Positions 1-10,032 of a stretch of 35,253 nt of DNA are shown here, in pieces (position 1 is the stretch's first letter; the number at the start of each line of letters is the position of its first letter). Source of the DNA: Vulcanimicrobiota bacterium (GTDB lineage Bacteria > Vulcanimicrobiota > Vulcanimicrobiia > Vulcanimicrobiales > Vulcanimicrobiaceae). The notes under the pieces were generated by a model. It was not told where the DNA came from. It made no database searches and saw nothing but the letters and a program-made list of their open reading frames with translations. Position numbers and translations under genes: made by a program. The DNA lies in contig CAWAXX010000019.1 of NCBI GenBank assembly GCA_963786105.1, forward strand, positions 1 through 35,253, in the 5' to 3' direction.

Positions 1-737
1 TCGACGTCGCGCTGCAAGGGTGCGATCATCGCCTCGGCCCGTGCCGGCGAATCGCTTTTCGCCATGATTTTGACGTCGGCGCGCGCATCGTGTGCCAGGA
101 CCGCGATCTTCGGATTTTCCGAACTGCGAAAAAGGTCGTCGATGCGATGGTCGATCTCCGATTCGCCGATACCGATCGTGTGAACGACGCGCGTGTAAAT
201 CGCATCTCGCGAGGCGAACCGATCGACCAGAAATGGAACCAGCCTCTGCTCGAGCATCGGTTTCATCTCGCGAGGGACGCCCGGCATACAGGCCACGAAC
301 TTCCCGTCGCGCGAAAATGCTACGAAGCCGGGTGCCGTGCCGTTGGGATTATCCATCGGAAGACTTCCGCGCGGCAGCTCCGCCTGCTTGCGATTGTTCG
401 GTCGCATTTCGCGACCAAGCTGGGCAAAGAAGCGCTCCATTTGTAAAAGCGCCGGCTCGGACAGTTCGACTCCTAGATCGAGGGCGTCGCAGATTGCCTC
501 TTTGGTCACGTCATCGACCGTCGGCCCGAGGCCGCCCGTCATGACGGCGCCGTCGCCCCGCTCGAGCACGCTGCGAACCATCCCGGCGATCCGCTCGCGA
601 TTGTCGCCGACCGCGTGCGTTCCACGAACGTCGATGCCGATTCCGGCGAGTTCCCGCGCGACGAAGGCCGTATTCGTATCGAGCAGCTGCCCGAGCAACA
701 GTTCCGTGCCGACCGCGATCAGTTCAACGCTCGCCAT
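1..737 (-). CDS. cinA: Competence/damage-inducible protein CinA (molybdopterin-binding-like N-terminal domain); runs off the window
   Basis: Hand translation from ATG at 737: MASVELIAVGTELLLGQLLDTN...VGDN...GGLGPTVDDVT...NPNGTAPG...MPGVPREM...GIGES, which are CinA signature motifs. Not in the ORF track because the stop lies outside the window. Confidence 0.92.
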   Translation of the reverse strand, partial: MASVELIAVGTELLLGQLLDTNTAFVARELAGIGIDVRGTHAVGDNRERIAGMVRSVLERGDGAVMTGGLGPTVDDVTKEAICDALDLGVELSEPALLQMERFFAQLGREMRPNNRKQAELPRGSLPMDNPNGTAPGFVAFSRDGKFVACMPGVPREMKPMLEQRLVPFLVDRFASRDAIYTRVVHTIGIGESEIDHRIDDLFRSSENPKIAVLAHDARADVKIMAKSDSPARAEAMIAPLQRDV

Positions 738-1302
738 CGTCGAACCACGTTGGAAACGAAAACGACACCTCGGCGGCGAAGCCTTCCGCGGCCTCGATCA
801 TCGCGGCACGGCGTGCCGCGGAATCTTTCGGCAGCGGGAGGCGCGCTCGCACCTCCTCGCGCATCTGCGCCAGCAGGTCCACGAACCGCACGAAGCGCGC
901 GTCCATCGCGCGCTGCAGCGCCTCCTTAATCGCCTTACCAACCCGGGGCGCCAAGCCCGTGGTCGAAATGGCGACCCTCACCGGGCCGGCCTTGGCGATC
1001 GCGACCATCGCCACAAAGCCGAATGCCGGTTGATCGATGCAGCACAGCAAGAATCGATGCCGATCCGCAAGCTCGCGCAGCCTCCGCGATAGCGCCGCAT
1101 CCTGCGGCGTCGAGATGACGAAGAACGCGTCCGCAACTTCTTGATCGCGCACGGAATCCGGATCGGTCAACCAACGCACGTCGGCGCCGGCCTCGCGCAA
1201 CGACGCCGTCTTATCGATTGCCTCGCGATCGTCGGCCGCCCCAATGACGACGCACAAGCGCCCCTGCAAATTCAAACCAACGGGAAAGAACGGCTTTCGC
1301 AC
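724..1302 (-). CDS. Precorrin-2 dehydrogenase/sirohydrochlorin ferrochelatase family protein (SirC / CysG N-terminal-like)
   Basis: FFPVGLNLQGRLCVVIG N-terminus, CIDQPAFGF, GPVRVAISTTGLAPRV motif typical of SirC/Met8p/CysG-B. Confidence 0.8.
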   Translation of the reverse strand: MRKPFFPVGLNLQGRLCVVIGAADDREAIDKTASLREAGADVRWLTDPDSVRDQEVADAFFVISTPQDAALSRRLRELADRHRFLLCCIDQPAFGFVAMVAIAKAGPVRVAISTTGLAPRVGKAIKEALQRAMDARFVRFVDLLAQMREEVRARLPLPKDSAARRAAMIEAAEGFAAEVSFSFPTWFDDGER

Positions 1303-1348
1303 GGCTAGGGAACCTCTGAGGAAGTCGCTGTACCGATAGCAACGAGCA

Positions 1349-2200
1349 TTAGTAATCCACCGGACGTAGATAAAATTCGTTGATGGCGGTGTTCGTCAAC
1401 ATTGCGGTCGTTGGGAGATGACGCTTCCAGTGCGTCGCGTCCACCCGGCGCCGGACGAGCGCCACCTCGCCCGCCGAGAATCCGTGTTCGACGAGCTGAG
1501 CGTCGGCGTACCCCAGCAACAACTTGTCGAGCAGCGCATCGGCGCGCGCGTACGTGATTCCAAGATCGGCTTCGTCGGTCTGATCCGCTTCGAGATCGGC
1601 ACTCGGCGCCTTGTCGATCAGCGCTCGCGGAACGCCGAGATGCCGGGCGAGAGCCCAAACCTGCGTCTTGAAAAGATCGCCCAGCGGGTTCACGGGCGGC
1701 GTGTCGTCCGCGTGCCACGTAAAGTAGCCGAGCATTCGTTCCGTTTTATTTCCAGTTCCCACCGGGAGGGCATCCAGCTTGGCCGACTGATCGAACAGCG
1801 CTACCATACGCGTTCGCGCCATCACGTTGCCGCGCCGGCGCGCGTCGGCGTCCGGTTCGAACTGAAAATATCCGTCGACCGCTGCGGTGATGTCGATGGT
1901 TCGGCAGTGTATGCCGAGCGCATCGACGACCAGTTGCGCGTCGGCGAGACTTGCCGCACTAGACGTCGCGTAGGGCAAACGGAACGCGTACACGTTTTCT
2001 GCCCCGAGCGCCCGCGCGCACAGGAAAGCGGTTACCGCTGAATCCACGCCGCCCGACAATCCGATAACGGCGCGGGGAATGTTCCGACGCAATACCAGTT
2101 CGTCGCGCAGAAAGGCCGTGAGCCACTCGGTCGTTACCGTACAGTCGATTCCCGGGGGCCGCGGGGACTCGGGGGGCGCCTTAACGATCGTGAACGTCAC
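1349..2200 (-). CDS. nadE: NAD+ synthetase (synthetase domain only)
   Basis: GLSGGVDS PP-loop, GNVMARTRM, GTGNKTE, GDLFKTQV, KAPSADL, QTDEADLG, HWKRHLP; probable GTG start at 2200 overlapping the end of the nitrilase gene. Confidence 0.95.
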   Translation of the reverse strand: MTFTIVKAPPESPRPPGIDCTVTTEWLTAFLRDELVLRRNIPRAVIGLSGGVDSAVTAFLCARALGAENVYAFRLPYATSSAASLADAQLVVDALGIHCRTIDITAAVDGYFQFEPDADARRRGNVMARTRMVALFDQSAKLDALPVGTGNKTERMLGYFTWHADDTPPVNPLGDLFKTQVWALARHLGVPRALIDKAPSADLEADQTDEADLGITYARADALLDKLLLGYADAQLVEHGFSAGEVALVRRRVDATHWKRHLPTTAMLTNTAINEFYLRPVDY

Positions 2201-3116
2201 GCGCGCCTCGCGGCAGGGGCAGTTCCTCGTCAAGCAAGAGATCCGGAAGCACCGCCTCCAAGTCGCCGAGCAGCGGAAGGCCGGCGCGCGCCAGGTCGAT
2301 TTCTCGCAAGTCGAGCTCGACGCGCACGATGCACGCTTCCGAAGCCGGCGCTTGCACCAACACGGTACCGCGCGGATCGACGGCGCACGAGCTTCCGGTC
2401 ATGCCCTTGCCGCCTTCAAAGCCCGTAAGACCGGCGTAGATCACGAAAATGCCGTGCTCGACGGCCGCCGAAACCAACGTCTGGCGCCAGCGGGTGAGGC
2501 TAGCCAGTTCGCCGTCGCCATCGATGCCGCGACCGGGCGATGCGCTCGGGACGAGCAAAATTCGGGCACCTTTTACGGCGGCGATGGTCGGGACGATGGC
2601 GTGCCATGCGTCCTCGCAAATCAGCATCGACATTTTGCCGAAACGCGTCTCAAACGCACCGACCTTGCGGCCGCGCGAAAGAAATCGCTCTTCGTCGAAG
2701 ACGCCGTAGGTCGCCAAGAACAACTTGCGGTGCAGGTGTACGATTCGCCGGCCCTCGCGACCGACATGCAGGTACATTGCCGAGTTATAGTACGTTCCAC
2801 CGTCGTTTTCGTAAAATCCAGCGACGATGTCGACCTCGGCCTCGCCGCGAACTCCGCGCCAGGTTGCCGCCAGATCGCTCGCGAACCGCGGCGCGCTCAA
2901 CGCCAGATCGTACACGGCTCCCTCAAGAAAATACCCGGTGAAGGCCGCTTCCGGAAACACGACCAGATCGGCTCCGTCGTCGCGCAGTTGCTCGAACGCT
3001 TCGCCGCCGGCCCGAAGGTTTTCGGCGTACCGGCCCTTAGCCGGTTTCATTTGCACGATCGCGACGCGCACGCGTCCGGGGCGAAAGCCCTCCTCGCTAT
3101 CCTCGTGCGTCGACAC
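2181..3116 (-). CDS. Nitrilase-family carbon-nitrogen hydrolase, probable glutaminase subunit of NAD synthetase
   Basis: Catalytic triad motifs VFPE, HRKLFLATYGVFDEERF, ICEDAW; overlaps the nadE start. Confidence 0.88.
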   Translation of the reverse strand: MSTHEDSEEGFRPGRVRVAIVQMKPAKGRYAENLRAGGEAFEQLRDDGADLVVFPEAAFTGYFLEGAVYDLALSAPRFASDLAATWRGVRGEAEVDIVAGFYENDGGTYYNSAMYLHVGREGRRIVHLHRKLFLATYGVFDEERFLSRGRKVGAFETRFGKMSMLICEDAWHAIVPTIAAVKGARILLVPSASPGRGIDGDGELASLTRWRQTLVSAAVEHGIFVIYAGLTGFEGGKGMTGSSCAVDPRGTVLVQAPASEACIVRVELDLREIDLARAGLPLLGDLEAVLPDLLLDEELPLPRGARDVHDR

Positions 3117-4533
3117 TCGTTGCTACTTCCAGTTGTTCGTCGCCGGGAATACGCATGCCGAGTTTCGCCGCGCATATCTCCGCAGGATACGTCCATATCT
3201 CGGCAAGCGTGGGGTGGAGGTGTGGAATCCGCATGAACTGCGCGACCGTTGCATCGAAGTTCATCGCAACGATCACTTCGTGGATCAACTCGGAACCCTC
3301 GGGACCGACGACGACCGCTCCCAGAATGCGACCGCTTTCGGGGTCGGCCATCATCTTCACGAAGCCCTTCGTCTTCGCCAAGCATTGCGCCTTACCGTGT
3401 TCGGCAAAGTCGTAGCGGCCGACTACGTATCGAATCCCAGAAGCCCGGAGCGACTTCTCGCTGGCGCCGACGGCCGCTACTTGCGGATCGGTGAATACCG
3501 TGTGGGCCGAAACCAGACGGTAATCGGCCTCTTCGAAGCCTTTCAAGCAAAGGTTGCGCGCCGCGATCTCTCCTTGGTAGATAGCGACGTGGACGAGCAT
3601 ATATTGTCCGGTTGCATCGCCGATCGCAAAAATATTCGGGTTGGTCGTGCGCAGGGTTGCGTCGACTTCGATGCCGCCCAGCGGATCATACGCGACGTTT
3701 GCGCGTTCGAGGTCGAGGTGGGCGACGTTAGGGACGCGCCCGAGCGCGTAGAAGATTTCCTCCGCGGCAACTTCGCGCTCGACGCCGTCCGCCGCGTAGC
3801 GCACGACTTTGTTACCGCCGCGCCGCTCGGCTCGGATGAGCCGCGTCCGCGTCACGACGTCGATACCCTCGTCACGAAAGTATCCCGTCAGAGCGTCGCC
3901 GACGTCGTCGTCGGTTTCCGTCAGCAGGTGGCCGCTTCGAATAAGAATCGTCGTCCTCGCTCCCATTCGTGCCAAAAACTGTCCAAGTTCGCACCCGGTA
4001 TAACCGCCGCCCAGCACGATTGCCGACTCCGGAATGCGTTCCAAGTCGAGCAACGCGTCGCTGTCGATATAGCCGACCTCTGCGAGCCCATCGAGTACCG
4101 TGGGAGGCACCGTGCTACCCGTCGCGATGATGAAGCGCTCCGACTCCAACACGACGTCGTCGCCCACCGCGAGTTCGGTCGGTGAAAGAAACCGGGCCTC
4201 GCCCGAAAGGAGCGGAAACTGCATGATGCCGCCGATGCGGTAGTCGGCGAAATCCTTCACGAGGGCGCGCTTGCGCCGAGCTATAAACGGCATATCGACG
4301 TTGACCGCACCGATGTCGATACCCAGGGCGCGTGCGGTGCGTGCGTCGTACAGGGCGTCGCTGGATGCGAGCAGCGCTTTGCTGGGCATGCAGCCGCGTA
4401 AGATACAAAGTCCCCCCAAAGGCCCCTGATCGACGAGGGCGACGTCGCACTTGAAATCGCGAGAGGTGCAGGCGGCCGCAAAACCTCCGGAACCCGCGCC
4501 GACGACGACGAGGTCATGCACGTGACGCGTCAT
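3097..4533 (-). CDS. FAD-dependent pyridine nucleotide-disulfide oxidoreductase (dihydrolipoamide dehydrogenase-like)
   Basis: VVGAGSGG FAD fold, GGLCILRGCMPSK redox-active disulfide, GGGYTGCE NAD site, AIGD, C-terminal HPTLAE; ATG at 4533. Confidence 0.88.
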   Translation of the reverse strand: MTRHVHDLVVVGAGSGGFAAACTSRDFKCDVALVDQGPLGGLCILRGCMPSKALLASSDALYDARTARALGIDIGAVNVDMPFIARRKRALVKDFADYRIGGIMQFPLLSGEARFLSPTELAVGDDVVLESERFIIATGSTVPPTVLDGLAEVGYIDSDALLDLERIPESAIVLGGGYTGCELGQFLARMGARTTILIRSGHLLTETDDDVGDALTGYFRDEGIDVVTRTRLIRAERRGGNKVVRYAADGVEREVAAEEIFYALGRVPNVAHLDLERANVAYDPLGGIEVDATLRTTNPNIFAIGDATGQYMLVHVAIYQGEIAARNLCLKGFEEADYRLVSAHTVFTDPQVAAVGASEKSLRASGIRYVVGRYDFAEHGKAQCLAKTKGFVKMMADPESGRILGAVVVGPEGSELIHEVIVAMNFDATVAQFMRIPHLHPTLAEIWTYPAEICAAKLGMRIPGDEQLEVATSVDARG

Positions 4534-4558
4534 CTTCGTGACCCCGTGCGCCGTTCCG

Positions 4559-5542
4559 CTATCGCCCGGGCGGGCGGGCACCGAGCCGGTGAATGGATTC
4601 GATAAACCGCACCGTGCCGTTGGAATGCACGTGGATCGAATGCGTGCGTGCCTGATTGCCGTAAAAGCGCACGCCCCGGACGAGGTCGCCGTCGGTGATG
4701 CCCGTCGCACAGAAGATGACGTTGTCGCTCTTCACCAGGTCGCCGATTTCGAGTACGCGGTCGAGATCGCCGAAGCCCATCGCGAGGGCGCGCTCGGCTT
4801 CCTCTTGGTTTCGCGGCTGCAAACGCCCCATGAAGTTGCCGCCCAAGCATTTAATCGCGGCGGCCGCCAGCACGCCTTCCGGAGCGCCGCCGGTTCCCAT
4901 CGCGACGTGAATTCCGGTCGTATCGATGGCGGTAGCAATGCACGAGTCGACGTCACCGTCGGAGATCAATCGAATCCGCGCGCCGGCGGCTCGGACTTCG
5001 CGGATCAGGTCGGCGTGCCGAGGCCGGTCGAGAATCACGACGCACACGTCGTTGATCGGCTTTTCGAGCGCGTTGGCGACGGCTTCGAGGTTTTCGGCCA
5101 CCGGCGCGTCGATGTGCACGAAGGGAGCGGCCTTGGGGCCAACGGCGAGTTTCTTCATGTACGAATCCGGCGCGTGCAACAGTCCGCCACGTTCGGATAT
5201 GGCCATGACCGCGATGGAATTCGGAAGCCCGTTAGCCACTAGATTCGTGCCTTCAACCGGGTCGACGGCGATGTCGACTTCTTCGCCGCCGCATCCTACT
5301 TCCTCACCGATGTACAACATCGGGGCCTCGTCGCGCTCGCCCTCGCCGATGACGATTCGGCCGGCGATGTCCATTTCGTTCAGGGATTCGCGCATCTTTT
5401 CGACCGCGGCGCCGTCGGCGGCGTCGCGCTCGCCCCGTCCCATCCACCTCGATGCGGCCAAAGCCGCGCTTTCGGTCACCTTGACGAAATCGAGAGAATG
5501 GACCGGATGATTGAAGACCGTATGCGCGGCCAAACGTGCCAT
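4559..5542 (-). CDS. glpX: Class II fructose-1,6-bisphosphatase (possibly FBP/SBPase)
   Basis: VIGEGERDEAPMLYIGE, DIAVDPVEGT, ISDGDV, GGAPEGV, ATGITDG motifs. Confidence 0.95.
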   Translation of the reverse strand: MARLAAHTVFNHPVHSLDFVKVTESAALAASRWMGRGERDAADGAAVEKMRESLNEMDIAGRIVIGEGERDEAPMLYIGEEVGCGGEEVDIAVDPVEGTNLVANGLPNSIAVMAISERGGLLHAPDSYMKKLAVGPKAAPFVHIDAPVAENLEAVANALEKPINDVCVVILDRPRHADLIREVRAAGARIRLISDGDVDSCIATAIDTTGIHVAMGTGGAPEGVLAAAAIKCLGGNFMGRLQPRNQEEAERALAMGFGDLDRVLEIGDLVKSDNVIFCATGITDGDLVRGVRFYGNQARTHSIHVHSNGTVRFIESIHRLGARPPGR

Positions 5543-5596
5543 GCCTTGAGGCTACAAAGGGAAGCGGGGCATATCCTCTTAAACTCACGTCTCGCC

Positions 5597-7114
5597 GTGT
5601 CCGCCAGTACGCACCCACAACCGTTTCTCTTGCGATCGGTTCGCCTTGGCGAACTGCTCGTTTCGGGATGGATCCCACTCCTGGCCGTCGTTCTCAGCGG
5701 CCTCACCCTCGGTTTCTTTGCTTGGTACGCGCTGATCGTTCCGCTGCATAACGCCGCTGCCGGCCAGCTCGGGCTGCTAACCGCGGCTCCCGCCGGCGGC
5801 GTCGTTGCCGTTGCGGCATGGTTCGGATACGCTCACTACTTTTCGCGCAGAGCCGGTACGACGCTGGCCCGCTCGCTGCAGTACGACGCTCTCGCTTGGG
5901 TGCCGTTCTTACTTCTGTGGCTCACGTTCTGGTTGCCGCCACAGCTCACACACGGCGCGCGACTGTTTCTCGTCGCGGGGTCGCTCTTTTGCATCGTCAA
6001 GGTTCTGATCGCCGCTCGATTCAATCAAACGGTCCGCGAAGTTCTCCTCGACTTCGTTGCGACCCGTGCCGCCATCATCGTCATCGCGGAACTCGCTTCA
6101 CTGATCATCGGCCAGCGCGCGGGAAGGCACGTACAAGAATCGAGTCACATCCTCCTGGCCGTCTGGGGCCGTTGGGATGCGGTGCACTATATCGACATCG
6201 CCACCAAGGGATATCAGGGAACCAACATGGCGTTCTTCCCGCTCTATCCCTTCCTGATTCGCGTCGTCGGCGCATTTGCCGGCAATCACCTCATCGCCGG
6301 ATTGCTGATCTCCAACGCCTGCTTCTTCTTCGGCTTGCTCTTTCTGTACAAGTTGCTGGAGCACGAGTACGACCGGACCGTCGCTCGCCGCGCGATCTTC
6401 TACGTGTCGATTTTTCCGTCGGCGGTATTTTTCTCGGCGGTGTATACCGAGTCGCTCTTCTTCATGCTGACGGTCGCTTCGTTCTACTACATGCGTTCGC
6501 ATCGCTGGTGGCTTGCCGGCGCGATTGGATGCCTGGCGGCGCTGACGCGCGTGGAAGGCGTCCTGCTAGTCGTACCGTTCGTGATGGAATGGTACGCACA
6601 GTACCGGTCTACACCCGGGCGTGGCGCCTTCAACCTGCTCGCGTCGGCACTCATTCCCATGGGACTCCTGGTGTATATGGCCTACTTGTGGGTGCTGCGC
6701 GCCGACCCGCTGTACTTCTCGCACGTTCAGATCCACTGGAACCGGCAGCTCGCCTTTCCGTGGGTGAGCGTTATCAACGCCTTCCAGAAGATCGCCCACG
6801 CAAGCTCGGGGCAGGTCGTTGCCAACGAGGCGCTCGAGATCTCGTTCACCGTCCTGATGATCGCCGTGTTGGTCGGAGGCTGGAACCGGTTACGCCCATC
6901 GTATATCGCCTACCTTACGCTCTCGATCCTCGTACCAATGTGCACGTCGAGTTTGATGTCCATGCCGAGGTTCGCGCTCGTGCTCTTCCCGATGTTTGCT
7001 ATTCTGGCGCGTTGGGGCGAGCGTCCGTGGGTCAACAACGTCATTTTGGCGTTTTCGCTGCCGTTGCTCGGACTATTTACGGTGCTGTTTGCGGATTGGT
7101 ACTGGGTTGCCTAG
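5597..7114 (+). CDS. GT-C fold mannosyltransferase family membrane protein (PIG-V-like)
   Basis: Polytopic; RWDAVHYIDIATKGY, AFFPLYP, FFSAVYTESLF, SMPRF motifs; start GTG 5597 inferred. Confidence 0.8.
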   Translation: MSASTHPQPFLLRSVRLGELLVSGWIPLLAVVLSGLTLGFFAWYALIVPLHNAAAGQLGLLTAAPAGGVVAVAAWFGYAHYFSRRAGTTLARSLQYDALAWVPFLLLWLTFWLPPQLTHGARLFLVAGSLFCIVKVLIAARFNQTVREVLLDFVATRAAIIVIAELASLIIGQRAGRHVQESSHILLAVWGRWDAVHYIDIATKGYQGTNMAFFPLYPFLIRVVGAFAGNHLIAGLLISNACFFFGLLFLYKLLEHEYDRTVARRAIFYVSIFPSAVFFSAVYTESLFFMLTVASFYYMRSHRWWLAGAIGCLAALTRVEGVLLVVPFVMEWYAQYRSTPGRGAFNLLASALIPMGLLVYMAYLWVLRADPLYFSHVQIHWNRQLAFPWVSVINAFQKIAHASSGQVVANEALEISFTVLMIAVLVGGWNRLRPSYIAYLTLSILVPMCTSSLMSMPRFALVLFPMFAILARWGERPWVNNVILAFSLPLLGLFTVLFADWYWVA

Positions 7115-7532
7115 CGGAATCGCCGCCATCGCCGCACGGCGCGGGATACGTCAATTCGTCAAATTCGGAATCGTCGGAGCTTCCGGCTTCCTCGTGAACC
7201 TCGCCGCCTTTACGTTGTTGCAGCGACTCGTCCCGAATCACGAGCAGCCGCTCGAGTACGATCTGATCTATTCTGCCGCATTTCTCGCCGGCGGCGTTTC
7301 GAACTACTACTTAAATCGAATTTGGACGTTCCGTTCGACCGGTCACGCGGTTCGCGAGGGTGCGAAATTCCTGAGCGTTTCCGTCGTGGCCCTGGCCGTG
7401 GGACTGATCGTCTCCGCCGGCGTGAGTCCGTGGCTTGGTCACGGACACAAGACCTGGTTCGTCGCGACCGTGGCCGGCATCTTCATCAACTTCTTCCTCA
7501 ACAAATATTGGACGTTCAAGGATTTCGAGTAG
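7107..7532 (+). CDS. GtrA family protein (lipid-linked sugar flippase)
   Basis: RQFVKFGIVG, NYYLNRIWTF, NFFLNKYWTF; about 4 TM segments; TTG start inferred. Confidence 0.88.
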   Translation: MPSGIAAIAARRGIRQFVKFGIVGASGFLVNLAAFTLLQRLVPNHEQPLEYDLIYSAAFLAGGVSNYYLNRIWTFRSTGHAVREGAKFLSVSVVALAVGLIVSAGVSPWLGHGHKTWFVATVAGIFINFFLNKYWTFKDFE

Positions 7533-9179
7533 GAAGTTCGGATTCGCGCTCCGAGCTCACCGGCCGGCCGGAAGCGTGGTGGACGCTGGCGTTGCTGGCG
7601 GTCGTGCTTTTAGCGCTCGGACTTCGCTTGCACGGCATTCACAACCCGATTCTCGACCATCCCGGCTGGCGCCAGGGCGATACCGCCAGCTATCGCGCGG
7701 AACTTCGCGCGGCTGCAGTACAACTTCATGTATCCGCAAACGACGTACGATGGAGCGCCACCGAACTACGTCGAACTCGAGTTGCAAATCGTTCCGTTCT
7801 TGGCCGCAACGCTCTATAAGATTTTCGGAATTCACGAAATCTTCGGACGGCTCGTCTCGCTGTCGTTCAGTCTGGCGACGGTCGTAACGCTCGCGTACTT
7901 TGCGCGTTGGCTGTTCTCCAGTTCGACGGCGGGGCTTATCGCCGCGTTCTTCTTTGCGGTTTTCCCAGGCAGCGTCTACTACGGACGCACGTTCATGCCC
8001 GACTCCGCAATGGTCTTCTTCTTGTGCGCTGCCCTGTACGCAACGACGCGCTTTCTCCTCGAAGACGGCAGGCTCGCGCCGCGACCTATGGCGCGGGCGG
8101 CCGCGCTTCTTACGCTCGCATACCTCGCGAAGCCGGTCGCGGTTCTTGCCGTCGTGCCGCTGATATCCGGAGTCTGGGAGCGCGCGCGCGCAGGTCTGCC
8201 GACAAGGCCGACGGCCGCGGCGGTGCTCCTGATCGTTCCGCTGCTCATCCTCTGGCTGTACGACCGCCGGGTCGCGTCGTATGCCGAGTGGCACTGGGCG
8301 AGCGGCATAACGCAGCTTCACGTCTTACCCGCGCTTCGTAACGCCGTTACCGGCGTTGCGGCCTTCGCGCAGAAGTTAGCGGCTTTCCGCGAGGTCATGG
8401 CCATGTTCCGCGAAACCATGCTCGGCACGGCGGGTTTCCTCTGCTCGCTGGCCGCTTTCGTCGCGCTTCCATGGATCGCCGCGCGCAGTCGCGCGCTGTT
8501 ATGGGCTTGGTTATTTGGCGGACTGGCATACGTGTTCGTTGTGGTGACCGTCGAACGAGTCGACTACTATATGCTCCCGCTGGTGCCTCTCTGTGCGCTC
8601 GTCATCGGGGGAGCGCTCGCGCGTTTTGCCCAGAGCGTTCGCGACGCCGACGCCGCCCCGTTTGCCCGCTGGGCCGTCTTGGCGCTGCTGCCTATTCTCG
8701 CCGCCGTCGTGCTCGTTCAAGGCCGCGCTGCGGTCGCATCGTACTATCACTATAATAAACAGGCGTATCGAAACGCCGCGTACTTGAACGCAACGCTCGA
8801 TCGACACGCGTTAGTCGTAATCGGTCATTACGGGCCCGACGTGCAGTACTACATCGATCGCTTCGGTTGGGAGGAAGATCCGGCGCTCTGGAGTCCTTTC
8901 GACGAGCAAAGCGCGATTCGTAAGGGCGCCCGTTACTTCATCTCGATCGAAGACAACCGCCTGCGGCGCAATGTCGAGCTCTGCGCCTGGCTACAACGAT
9001 TTCCCGTGCTCGATCCGCGCTCGAACTGGATCGTTTACGAAACGGACCCGGCTAAGCAGCTACCACATGCCGACGCGTTCTGGCGGGCCTTCCGCGATGC
9101 CGAGCGGTCTGGAAGTGGGCGCGCGTTCCTCGATCGCCACGGCCCCCGCTGCATGCTTCGTTCGGAGGCGACATCCTGA
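7529..9179 (+). CDS. ArnT/PMT-like (GT39/GT83) membrane glycosyltransferase; one frameshift near 7690
   Basis: N-terminal part (...LGLRLHGIHNPILDHPGWRQGDTA) joins IARNF...ELQIVPF...GRLVS...YYGRTFMPD after removing one base at about 7688-7691; start codon not resolved. Confidence 0.78.
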
Positions 9180-9227
9180 GCGGAGGCGCAGCGTCCATCC
9201 ACCGCACGGGCGCTCCGCTCGCGATGA
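9171..9227. repeat. REP-like palindrome, copy 1, between convergent genes
   Basis: acatcctgagcggag (9171-9185) and ctccgctcgcgatga (9213-9227) form an imperfect inverted repeat; the same arms recur at 15557-15811 and 34877-34929. Confidence 0.7.
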
Positions 9228-9235
9228 AACGCCGT

Positions 9236-10018
9236 TCACGGGCCGATGCCGTCGTAGGTTCTCAGCGCATTATGAAACGCCTCGGGTTGAACGGAAATGC
9301 CGCCGCGATAAGGATAGTTTAACGCCACGGTCAAAAACAGCACTAACCCGATGAGCACGCTTAGCGCTCCGGTCATGAGTTGCTGCATTACGTCGCGGCG
9401 AAACCCGAAGAGATAGGTGAACCCAACCGTAACGACCGCGCCGGCTACCAACGTCATCCACATGATGCCGTTGATTCCGGTGGCATCTTCCGACAAACGG
9501 ACGTCGCGATCGGTAAGGGTCGTATTCATAGCCGTCAGCATCTGATCGTGAACGTCCTGCTCGGATTGCGACGTAATCGGCAGGCTCCGCACGATGCTGT
9601 CGACCTTCTCCAGTTGGCGATCGGCCATCTCCGATTGCTGCCCTCGACGCATCTTCGGCCATTCGTCGACCACGACGGTCTCCGTATACTGGCGAATCGC
9701 GGCACGCAAGGCTTGTCGTTGTGGAAACATATCCGCGTCGCGATAGATCAGCGACAGTGCACCTGCCTCTTCGTAACTGCGCGACTCCGCCTGTTGGAAG
9801 CGCTCCCAGACGCCGATAGTAACGAAGGCCAAGAGTACTGCGTAGATCACGCCGATTACCGCTAGAATGAAGCCGGCCAAATCGTTGTGTTCCATCCGTA
9901 TTTCGCGCGGCGCAAGTTTGCCCACGAAGTATCCTACGAGGAACGTTCCCAACAAGAAGCCGCCGACGATGACTATTCCACTGCCGGCGGTCGGTAGCGA
10001 TTCGATCCATTCAATCAT
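9236..10018 (-). CDS. DUF4239 / bestrophin-like membrane protein
   Basis: HNDLAGFILAVIGVIYAVLLAFV...VWE, helical middle domain, two C-terminal TMs followed by LNYPYRG. Confidence 0.72.
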   Translation of the reverse strand: MIEWIESLPTAGSGIVIVGGFLLGTFLVGYFVGKLAPREIRMEHNDLAGFILAVIGVIYAVLLAFVTIGVWERFQQAESRSYEEAGALSLIYRDADMFPQRQALRAAIRQYTETVVVDEWPKMRRGQQSEMADRQLEKVDSIVRSLPITSQSEQDVHDQMLTAMNTTLTDRDVRLSEDATGINGIMWMTLVAGAVVTVGFTYLFGFRRDVMQQLMTGALSVLIGLVLFLTVALNYPYRGGISVQPEAFHNALRTYDGIGP

Positions 10019-10032
10019 CCCGTAAGCACATC

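Noticed and set aside
2079..4185. Long plus-strand ORFs (385 and 452 aa) and similar antisense ORFs throughout the window
   Set aside because: Shadow frames of well-supported opposite-strand genes in GC-rich DNA, with no recognisable motifs.
3097..4533. Mercuric reductase MerA
   Set aside because: No C-terminal Cys-Cys pair, no HMA domain and no mer genes; it has HPTxxE like lipoamide dehydrogenases.
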